DNA of 64,000 nt. Origin: an uncultured Rhabdochlamydiaceae bacterium. GTDB taxonomy: Bacteria; Chlamydiota; Chlamydiia; Chlamydiales; Rhabdochlamydiaceae. Shown here in pieces: positions 29,235 to 37,184 of this stretch. The position numbers were made by a program, and so were the translations under genes. Each line of letters starts with the position of its first letter. The stretch's first letter is position 1. The stretch lies in contig CAVQHD010000001.1 in the NCBI GenBank assembly GCA_963712275.1, positions 1,184,001-1,248,000 of the forward strand, given 5' to 3'. Below the pieces are notes generated by a model. That model saw only the letters and a program-made list of their open reading frames with translations. It did not search any database and had not been told where the DNA came from.

Positions 29235-30638
29235 ATGCCAGTTCACCTTCGCGATACAGCCTACAATTTTCTTTGGACTGCAGGTCATAGGGTTTTCGGT
29301 TTTGCTGAAAAATCTATTATCGACATCAAGCAAATTAAAAATTTTAGCACAAATAGCCGTGACCAAAATACAGTATCCATAGGAAAACTCCTTGGATTGA
29401 TAGTTATTGTTACAGCAGGCTATAGCCTCACAAGGCGCGCAATCACATGGTACTATTCTGAATCTAAGACTAATAATAAGCCAAAAGCCAAAAGGCCAGA
29501 GGGCACAGAGCCAAAACCTAGGCCTAGAGCTACTAATGGTAAGCCAGGAGACAAAAAGCCAGAGGGTACAGAGCCAAAACCTGGGCCTAGGGTTACTAAT
29601 GGTAAGCCAGGGGGTATAGGGCCAAAAGTCAAAGACAGAAAAGGAGATGAGAAGGGACCAGAGGCGAGGAATCCTTTGCCTAATGACGGGAATCCTACAA
29701 GACTAAGCGATGACGACGGTAAGAAAGGTGGGGCTGGCACAGAGCTTCTTAATTTCTCGGATGATGATGATTTCATTTCACTAAATCCTTTTTCTGATGA
29801 TTTCGGGAAAGAGACTGGTAACAGCACTTCTACAAAGGCAGAAAAAAAGGAAAAAACACTTCAAGAAGCTAATTATGATGCAGCTGAAGATGAACGTGTG
29901 AAGAAAACTGCAGATCTTACGGAAGCTAATACAGCAGCTCTTGCTGCTGCTGATGAGGCTGCTAAGGCAAAAGCTGCTTTAGAGAACGCTCTCAAACTAG
30001 TTCAAACTCGTAAAGAAGAAGCTGAGCAAGCTAATAAAGCTGCTGAAACTGCTAAGGAAGCTGCGAAGAATGCTTCAGAAGCTGACAAAAATACTAAAGA
30101 AACTGCTGTTAAGGAAGCTGCTGAAAAAGCTAACGCTGCTGATAAAGCTCTTGAACAAGCTAACAACAGATTTGAAACTGCTAAACAAATTGCTCAGGAA
30201 GCCTCTGACAAAGCTGAAGCTGCTCGGAAAGTCGCTGAGGAAGCCACTAAGGCAGCTAAAGCTGCTGACGAAGTTGCTAATAAAGCTGCTGAAAAACTTG
30301 GTGCAATTAATGGTGAGACTGATGAACAACTTGCTGCTGTGTCAGAAAGTTCGAACCCACCTCAAATATCTGTAGAAAGACCAGACCCTCCTAAAGAAGC
30401 TGAGAAAACTCAAACTGCTGTTATGGAGGTTTTAGACGCAAACACCCCACCTAGCTCACCGTCCCCTCGCTCTACTCAATCTTCAATGCAGCAGAATTCT
30501 GCTGATGAGCCTAGAAAACCTAGAAATAGATTTAATCTTGATTCAGGATCTATATCAGCAGTTTCCGTTGCATCCAACACAACGACGCCTACAAAAACAG
30601 AAGATGAAAAAAGCAAGGACCCTACGGATGCTAATTAA
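29235..30638 (+). CDS. Hypothetical TM protein with Ala/Glu/Lys coiled coil (candidate effector)
   Basis: 467 aa, one TM helix, 63-bp internal repeats, paralog of the next gene. Confidence 0.75.
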   Translation: MPVHLRDTAYNFLWTAGHRVFGFAEKSIIDIKQIKNFSTNSRDQNTVSIGKLLGLIVIVTAGYSLTRRAITWYYSESKTNNKPKAKRPEGTEPKPRPRATNGKPGDKKPEGTEPKPGPRVTNGKPGGIGPKVKDRKGDEKGPEARNPLPNDGNPTRLSDDDGKKGGAGTELLNFSDDDDFISLNPFSDDFGKETGNSTSTKAEKKEKTLQEANYDAAEDERVKKTADLTEANTAALAAADEAAKAKAALENALKLVQTRKEEAEQANKAAETAKEAAKNASEADKNTKETAVKEAAEKANAADKALEQANNRFETAKQIAQEASDKAEAARKVAEEATKAAKAADEVANKAAEKLGAINGETDEQLAAVSESSNPPQISVERPDPPKEAEKTQTAVMEVLDANTPPSSPSPRSTQSSMQQNSADEPRKPRNRFNLDSGSISAVSVASNTTTPTKTEDEKSKDPTDAN

Positions 30639-30656
30639 TTTAACAAAGGTTTAGTC

Positions 30657-31478
30657 ATGGCAGTTTATTTTCGTAATATAAGTAATGTGTTTATCGATGT
30701 TGCTGGAAAATACTTTAGCGATATTAAGCAAATTAAAAATTTTAGCACAAACAGTCGTAGCCAAAATGCTGTCTCCCTAGGAAAACTTCTGGGGTTGATA
30801 GCTATTGTTACAGCAGGCTATAGCCTCACAAGGTGCGCAATCACATGGTACTATTCTGGATCTAAGACTAATAGTAAGCCAGAAGACAAAGGGTCAGAGG
30901 ATACAGAGCCAAAACCTGGGCCTAGGGCTACTAATGATAAGCCAGAGGGTACAGGGTCAGAAGTCAAAGACAGAACAAGTGGTAAGAAGGGATCAGAGGC
31001 GAGGAGTCTTTTTCCTAATAGCGGTTCGGATGATGATTTCGGGAAAGAGGCTGGTGACAGCACTCCTACAATTACGAAGTCTAAAGAGGATAAGAAAGAT
31101 AAAGCTGAGAATTCCACAGCTCCTGATGGAACACTGCCTGATTCATCAACAGGTTTTGATGCCTCTGCATTTATGTTTACAGCGCCTTTGCCGCCTAGAA
31201 GAGTTGGGGGATTTAGTCCGCCAAATGCATCTGAAACTATTCCATTAACATCTCAAATTCCTGTTGGAACACCACAAAGCCGATCTGAAGGGAGCGATCT
31301 TGAGAAGTCTAAACAACGGACTTCTAGAAATTTTGATTCAGGGTCTGTATCACCAGCTTCCATAGGGGTAGATCCTAGGATGCTTCAACTTTCTGGTAGA
31401 AATTTTGATTCAGATTCTACTAGATCCAACACAACGACACCTACAAAACTTGAAGATAAAAAAGAGAAAAAGACTTAA
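30657..31478 (+). CDS. Hypothetical TM protein, tandem paralog of 29235..30638
   Basis: Shares DIKQIKNFSTNSR...GKLLGLI.IVTAGYSLTR.AITWYYS and SNTTTPTK.ED. Confidence 0.75.
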   Translation: MAVYFRNISNVFIDVAGKYFSDIKQIKNFSTNSRSQNAVSLGKLLGLIAIVTAGYSLTRCAITWYYSGSKTNSKPEDKGSEDTEPKPGPRATNDKPEGTGSEVKDRTSGKKGSEARSLFPNSGSDDDFGKEAGDSTPTITKSKEDKKDKAENSTAPDGTLPDSSTGFDASAFMFTAPLPPRRVGGFSPPNASETIPLTSQIPVGTPQSRSEGSDLEKSKQRTSRNFDSGSVSPASIGVDPRMLQLSGRNFDSDSTRSNTTTPTKLEDKKEKKT

Positions 31479-31495
31479 GAAATTCTTAGTTTTTA

Positions 31496-31517
31496 GAGGG
31501 AGTTGCAAAACTCCCTC
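31496..31517. mobile_element. 22-bp collapsed palindromic element (TSD TTTA)
   Basis: GAGGGAGTTGCAAAACTCCCTC flanked by TTTA on both sides. Confidence 0.7.
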
Positions 31518-31605
31518 TTTAACACTGCATCTCTTTAAACAAAGGAAGCATTGCCTAAAGTAGCGCTTCCTTTTTGTTTTTACCTGCATGCAGTTTCGAA
31601 AAGAT

Positions 31606-33498
31606 CTATTTAAACTTGAGAGGGAGGCGTGTCTTGCGATAGTGAAGGATGCTCCAGGTGCCAAAACCGATGAGAGCAAGGGTCCAGATGAAAAGGCGGC
31701 CGGGGTTGAAGAGGGGGTAAGGGGGCTGGTTAGGGGCTCCAAACCGAGAGCCAGGGGGCCAGAAAATGAATACAGGGCCTCCTCGAAGGTTCGCCTCAGG
31801 GACAAATCCAAATTCGCGGCTATCTCCACTATTGGCATGGTTATCCCCTAGGACAAGATAGGAGGCGGGTGGAACAGTCAGCCCATACTTCTTAATCGTC
31901 TCAATATCGAGCTCTCCTGTCGGAAGGAAGGGAGGGCCTTGATCGGTAAAAGGGTGGTAAGAAATACGAGAGGTTGCTTGCCGTTTTTTTTCTCTCTCGA
32001 TAAAGCGGGTGAGCGCGGGGTCATTCTTAGAAATCAGGGGTGCTCCCATCAAATAAAGATCTCCATCTCGGAAGTAAGCGTATCGAGAAGGGTAAACCGA
32101 TTGCTCTTTGCTTTGGGGATTGTACCTAGTGTCAAATTCCATTCCTATATTGAAGAAGAGTTGTGTCCGCTGCGCATCAAACCAATAGAGGGGGTTAGAG
32201 GGGGGGAGTTCGTGGGAAATTCCTTGCCACCCAATTGCAAAGGCTTTTCCGTAATAAAACTCATAGGTTCCATCGGGAATTCCTGGAAGATAGGGAAAAA
32301 AAGCTTGAGTTCCATATTTTTTGGGATTGATTCCATACCGATACCCTACCCCTTTTTCAATGGTAAAACGTGCGGTATACAGGTTTTGCATGATCGTTTT
32401 GAGATGTTTTTCTTGAAGGGGAATCACAGAGGTTGAAAGGCCCACAAAAGGACGTAGTCGATGCATCACATCAGAGCCCATATGAGCTCCTGATAAGCTT
32501 GGATGATGGCGGAGTTCAAGGTATAGTACGCCTTCTTCCATCTGACTTGGGTCTTGATCTGTTAAAACACGCACTTGCTCTTTGGTCAGAAGGCGGGCCA
32601 TAGCAAAGTTCCCCATGCCCCAGAGCTGGTCGTATTGGATCTCGCGATTTTGTTTTAAAACTCGGGGCAGCAGCTCTCCCCGAGCTTGGGTTGGGCTTAA
32701 CGCATAAAGGCGTGCAATCGGCTCGTTCATTTGGTAGATCATCACTGGGGAGTAAACACCTGGAATCACCGAGGAGGTGGTTGAGATATGGGTCCCTTCA
32801 AATGAGATAAAGGGAATGTGATCGATTTTTGCAAGCTCAGGGAGCTGAAGCTCTGGGGTAATGTCTCTATCACTTCCATCGATCCCATAGATTTGACCTC
32901 CATAAAAATAGAGGGTATCGCCCGGTTTTCCAATGAGACGCTTAACAAGTAGCTTTTTCCCAGGGAAAAGATAAAAATAAACAGTATCTGCTTCCCGAAT
33001 ATCCATGTCTTCAGTTGTGAAAATGACAATGTTATTCCGTTGGATGAGGTCGGGGTTGAAATAAAAATGTCCCGGTCTTAAGGGGTAATTGATTCCGAAA
33101 TCTGTTTTTGAAACCGAGAGGCGGTCTTGTTCTTTAAACGTAGGCCTCATCGACCCTGTTGGAATTTCATAAAGCTCAAACCACACCTGCCGAATAAGAA
33201 TGGCAATAAAAAGAGCGACCCCGATTCCAAAAATAAAATCTCGTAGTTGCTCAAAGAGAGATTTTTTGAGATATTGCTTGTAAAGGCTTTGAATGGAGCT
33301 TGCGAGGAGCTTGCATCGATGGGTATTCTTAGATAAAATTGCTTCCTGCAGCTCTAAAAGGCGGCTCTTAATCTCTGCTTGGATCGGAGGTTCGAGTTTT
33401 CGTTCGACTTTTTGAAATCGATGATGCGCTGCAAATAAAAACTTTTTGATTTTGCGAAGTTGAAACCATTTTTGCATAGTTTTTATAGAGACTAGCAT
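31606..33498 (-). CDS. lepB: Signal peptidase I (long chlamydial type)
   Basis: IPTGSMRPT, LVKRLIGKPGD and VLGDNHANSGDSREFG motifs. Confidence 0.95.
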   Translation of the reverse strand: MLVSIKTMQKWFQLRKIKKFLFAAHHRFQKVERKLEPPIQAEIKSRLLELQEAILSKNTHRCKLLASSIQSLYKQYLKKSLFEQLRDFIFGIGVALFIAILIRQVWFELYEIPTGSMRPTFKEQDRLSVSKTDFGINYPLRPGHFYFNPDLIQRNNIVIFTTEDMDIREADTVYFYLFPGKKLLVKRLIGKPGDTLYFYGGQIYGIDGSDRDITPELQLPELAKIDHIPFISFEGTHISTTSSVIPGVYSPVMIYQMNEPIARLYALSPTQARGELLPRVLKQNREIQYDQLWGMGNFAMARLLTKEQVRVLTDQDPSQMEEGVLYLELRHHPSLSGAHMGSDVMHRLRPFVGLSTSVIPLQEKHLKTIMQNLYTARFTIEKGVGYRYGINPKKYGTQAFFPYLPGIPDGTYEFYYGKAFAIGWQGISHELPPSNPLYWFDAQRTQLFFNIGMEFDTRYNPQSKEQSVYPSRYAYFRDGDLYLMGAPLISKNDPALTRFIEREKKRQATSRISYHPFTDQGPPFLPTGELDIETIKKYGLTVPPASYLVLGDNHANSGDSREFGFVPEANLRGGPVFIFWPPGSRFGAPNQPPYPLFNPGRLFIWTLALIGFGTWSILHYRKTRLPLKFK

Positions 33499-33559
33499 GA
33501 GAGGAGGATTCCATGCTAATTTTAATTTTTGACTAGGAGCCCATCCTGGTATGGCCTGA

Positions 33560-33649
33560 TGTGGAAAAATTGTTCATAACTTACTAAATCAGTGACTTAA
33601 AAAAACTTTTTCTAGAGAGAAAGTGGCAATGTGGAAAGATTGTTCATAA
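33560..33649. promoter_or_regulatory. Cluster of DnaA-box-like motifs around an IHF consensus site
   Basis: TGTGGAAA(A/G)ATTGTTCATAA twice, 70 bp apart; AATCAGTGACTTA at 33587-33599. Confidence 0.5.
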
Positions 33650-33691
33650 GAACCCGAAAATCGACGAAAAATTTTACTGGGAGAGGTTCAA

Positions 33692-34684
33692 CTACCACTG
33701 AAAGATCTGTTCAGAGTAAATCACGAGGTCGGGATAAGCCGTAGGAATTAAAACCCAGCGGTAACGGTGGCCGGCGGTAAAATTGGACTCCAATGTTTGC
33801 AGAGGAAGCTCAAGCGTTAGGGAGGAGGATTCAATGGTTGGAGAGTGGCAGATTTCAACCAATCGGTGCTGCGGCTCTGAGAGGTCGATCGCAAGCACTT
33901 TAAGAGAAGTGTAATATGTAGGACAGTGGATCGTCAGCTCAAGATGGTCTTTTTTTAACTTTCCAGGACCTAAAATAAGGGGGGACTGTTGAAAAACCAG
34001 AGGCCTGGGGGAGGTCATGTGATGACCTGAATCAATGGCTCGCATCGTGGCTTTATAATGAGGGCTTCGAACCTCAATCCATACAGGAAAGGCAAGGGAA
34101 GAGAAATAAACTTCAATTTCACAGCCGGAAATGATCGAGTCATCAGCAGGCCATGCGGTTGTCCATGCGGTAATAGAGGGTTTTTCAAGTTTTTGCCCTT
34201 CGACAATGACAGAAGGGTTCCAAATCGAGCGTCGATCTGCTTCTCCTCCCTGAGGAGGCGGTCCGATCCGTTTGCGGCTTTGTTGGGCCGTTTTTTGAAG
34301 GGAAAGAGAGAGAAGACGGGGGAGAAACTGATGCGAATCTTGAGTCGGCAACCAAACACCTTGTGAGTGAGAATAACACTCTTGCAGCTTATTTTCCTTC
34401 AGGTCAATAAGGTAAGAAATCCATGCGGTGTGGCCTGGAGCATCATGACAGATCCATGCTTTCCAATTGTCATCGTTTGATGGACGACTGAGCGAGGGAA
34501 TATCAATTTCTTCTAGAATGAGGTGGGACGTGGTGAGGGAGCGGATCAAGAGAACAGATGTCATTCCCCCCTGCTCTGTGACGACATAATCGCCATTTTT
34601 TCCATTAATAATTTTGTCTTTTAATGAAAATGCATTAACAGTCGAAATTGATAGAAATATAATTAAGAAAACGATCTTCTTCAT
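33692..34684 (-). CDS. Chlamydial conserved exported protein (CT021-like)
   Basis: Signal peptide; GDYVV, WP.D.S.ISG, FPVW and MRAIDSGH; position upstream of lepB matches my recollection of Chlamydia synteny. Confidence 0.6.
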   Translation of the reverse strand: MKKIVFLIIFLSISTVNAFSLKDKIINGKNGDYVVTEQGGMTSVLLIRSLTTSHLILEEIDIPSLSRPSNDDNWKAWICHDAPGHTAWISYLIDLKENKLQECYSHSQGVWLPTQDSHQFLPRLLSLSLQKTAQQSRKRIGPPPQGGEADRRSIWNPSVIVEGQKLEKPSITAWTTAWPADDSIISGCEIEVYFSSLAFPVWIEVRSPHYKATMRAIDSGHHMTSPRPLVFQQSPLILGPGKLKKDHLELTIHCPTYYTSLKVLAIDLSEPQHRLVEICHSPTIESSSLTLELPLQTLESNFTAGHRYRWVLIPTAYPDLVIYSEQIFQW

Positions 34685-34825
34685 ATCCGCAGTATAAATT
34701 ATTTTGTTAATTATGGCAATCGAAGAACCTATCCCGGTAAAAAGTTTCGTCGATTTTCAATTCATTTTTGGGGGGTCCTATCGACAGCTTGTGTGTAAAT
34801 TTTTTTTTTATTATACCATCTTTAT

Positions 34826-35152
34826 ATGAGACAATGGTGGTGGGTTGCCATTTTTATCATCTCTTGTTTAAGAGCTGATTCAGCAGTTGATGGGTGCCGT
34901 CAGGAGATCCAAAAAATCGATGCCCAGGTTCAAAAGCTAGAAATCCAAAAACAAAAGCATATCGGTTTGGCTAAGCAATATCAGCAAGAAGGGGATCAGT
35001 GGCAGTATAGAACAGGACGGATTGATGATGCTTATACAGCGTGGGGAAAGGCAGATCGGGAAAGGGCTCAAGCAATCGACCTTCAGCGGCAAATCGATCT
35101 TCTACTGGAGAAAAAGAGGCGGATTTATCAGTTTTACCCTGAATTGCAATGA
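34826..35152 (+). CDS. Small exported coiled-coil hypothetical protein
   Basis: 108 aa with signal peptide; 4-bp overlap with pncB. Confidence 0.7.
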   Translation: MRQWWWVAIFIISCLRADSAVDGCRQEIQKIDAQVQKLEIQKQKHIGLAKQYQQEGDQWQYRTGRIDDAYTAWGKADRERAQAIDLQRQIDLLLEKKRRIYQFYPELQ

Positions 35153-36582
35153 TAGACACGACGTCTCTTCTCACTGATTTATACGAACTGACGATGGCCT
35201 ATGGGTATTGGAAAGAGGGGCTTTCGCAGATGGAGGCGGTGTTTCATCTTTTCTTCCGAAAAAAACCGTTTGGTGGAAGTCTCGGGGTGGCTGCCGGTCT
35301 GGAGACAGCGGTTGAACTTTTAGAAAAATTTCAGTTTTCTTCCTCGGATCTCACGTATCTTGCAACGCTTCAAGGGGAAGGGGGGGTCCCTCTTTTTGAG
35401 CCAAAGTTTCTAGATGGACTCAGCCGGTTTAAACTCTCTTGCGACATTGACGCTGTCCCGGAAGGAACTGTTGTTTTCCCCTACGAACCTCTTCTCCGTG
35501 TCCGGGGGCCAATTCTTGAGGCGCAGCTTCTTGAAAGCCTTCTTCTCAATGTCATTAACTTTCAAACGCTCATTGCGACGAAAGCCTCCCGCATCTGCCT
35601 TGCAGCTTCCCCCGATCCTGTCATTGAATTCGGACTTCGGAGAGCGCAAGGGATCGATGGGGCGCTCTCTGCTTCTCGAGCGGCATTTATTGGAGGGTGC
35701 GAGTCGACCTCTCATCTTCTTGCAGGCAAATTGTTTAGTATTCCGGTTAAGGGAACACATGCGCATAGTTGGATCATGGCTTTTCCAACAGAAGAAGAGG
35801 CCTTTGAGGCGTGGGGACGTGCAATGTCCCACAACTTGATTTTTCTTCTCGATACCTATGAGTCGATTCGCGGAGCCCGCCGCGCTGTGCAAGTGGCGCA
35901 AAAGCTCCATTTACCTTCTTTTGGGGTTAGGCTTGATTCAGGCGACCTTGCCCTTTTAAGCCGTGAGGTGAGAAAAGTGCTGGATGCCGCCGGCTTTTCT
36001 AAAGCGCTCATCATGGCCAGCAATGAGTTGGATGAGACTGTGATCACCGATCTCAAACGGCAGGGGGCTTGTATTGATCTCTGGGGCGTCGGCACCCACC
36101 TTGTAACGGGTCAAATGCAACCTGCTTTAGATGGCGTCTATAAGCTCTCTGCCGTTCGGAGATCGCCTTCCGACCGCTGGACTTATAAATTGAAACGGTC
36201 GGAGCAGCTCACGAAGGTAACAGATCCTGGGCTTCTACAGATCAGGCGGTTTTCAGACTCTTCAGGGTTTGCAGGGGATCTTATTTACAATCTGGGGAAT
36301 GATACTCCCCGTGAGTGGGAAGGGGTTAACCCTTTAAATCCTGCTGAAACACGTCAATTTTCCTCAAGGCTCTCTTCAGAAGATCTTCTCGTTCCTGTTC
36401 TTCGGCAAGGAAGACGTTTGCATTCTCCTTTAAGCTTGCCCGAGATTCAGCGGCATGCCCACGAGCAGCTGAGGCAGCTCTCTTTCCCTATCCGCCGCTT
36501 CTTAAATCCTCAACCCTACTTCGCAGGTCTTGAAAAGGGGCTCTATGACCTCAAGCTCAAACTCCTTAAAGAGATCGCATGA
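35149..36582 (+). CDS. pncB: Nicotinate phosphoribosyltransferase
   Basis: LLTDLYELTM, EFGLRRAQG, GTHAHSW, VRLDSGDL and GVGTHL motifs. Confidence 0.95.
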   Translation: MIDTTSLLTDLYELTMAYGYWKEGLSQMEAVFHLFFRKKPFGGSLGVAAGLETAVELLEKFQFSSSDLTYLATLQGEGGVPLFEPKFLDGLSRFKLSCDIDAVPEGTVVFPYEPLLRVRGPILEAQLLESLLLNVINFQTLIATKASRICLAASPDPVIEFGLRRAQGIDGALSASRAAFIGGCESTSHLLAGKLFSIPVKGTHAHSWIMAFPTEEEAFEAWGRAMSHNLIFLLDTYESIRGARRAVQVAQKLHLPSFGVRLDSGDLALLSREVRKVLDAAGFSKALIMASNELDETVITDLKRQGACIDLWGVGTHLVTGQMQPALDGVYKLSAVRRSPSDRWTYKLKRSEQLTKVTDPGLLQIRRFSDSSGFAGDLIYNLGNDTPREWEGVNPLNPAETRQFSSRLSSEDLLVPVLRQGRRLHSPLSLPEIQRHAHEQLRQLSFPIRRFLNPQPYFAGLEKGLYDLKLKLLKEIA

Positions 36583-37184
36583 GAGAAGTTTTACTCGTGG
36601 TTGATATGCAAAACGATTTTATGCCAGGTGGAGCCCTTGGGATTGAAGGGGCATTTGAGATTGTTCCCCTCATCTTAAAGCTCATGCCGCACTTTTCACA
36701 TGTGATTGCATCACTCGATTGGCATCCTCCCAATCACTGCAGCTTCGCAGCCACCCATCCGGGAAAGAAAGTGGGAGGTACCGTGATGATTTAGGGAAAG
36801 GCGCAGCGTCTATGGCCAGTCCACTGTGTCGAGAAAAGCAAAGGCGCCGATTTTACTCCAGGATTTTCCCAAGATCAGTTTGAAGCGGTTTTTCACAAGG
36901 GGACAGATCCCTTTATCGATAGCTATAGCGCCTTTTACGACAACGTCCATGAGAAGTCAACAGGTCTATCCGCTTATCTCCGCAGCCGCAAGACCACCCA
37001 CGTTGTGCTCGTTGGGATTGCTTTGGAGTACTGCGTTCTCTACTCCGCCCTCGATGCTCTTGCTGAGGGGTTTTCCGTCGCCGTCATTCCCGGCCTCTGT
37101 AGAGCCATCGACGCTTCCAAGGTGAGCCGCACCCTCGACACCTTGCGCCGCCACGGAGTTGAGATTCGGAGCACTGGATTCTAA
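36579..37184 (+). pseudogene. pncA: Nicotinamidase with one in-frame TAG at 36792-36794
   Basis: VVDMQNDFMPGGAL and DWHP before the stop; same frame continues LWPVHCV, KGTDPFIDSYSAF and VGIALEYCV to TAA 37184. Confidence 0.9.

Noticed and set aside
29407..31851. Alternative-frame and antisense ORFs over the tandem paralogs and the lepB end
   Set aside because: Shadow ORFs produced by low-complexity codon usage
36792..36794. Programmed amber readthrough or alternative genetic code in pncA
   Set aside because: TAG terminates other genes here (sctV, kbl, tdh) and no pyl genes are visible; a nonsense mutation or sequencing error is simpler
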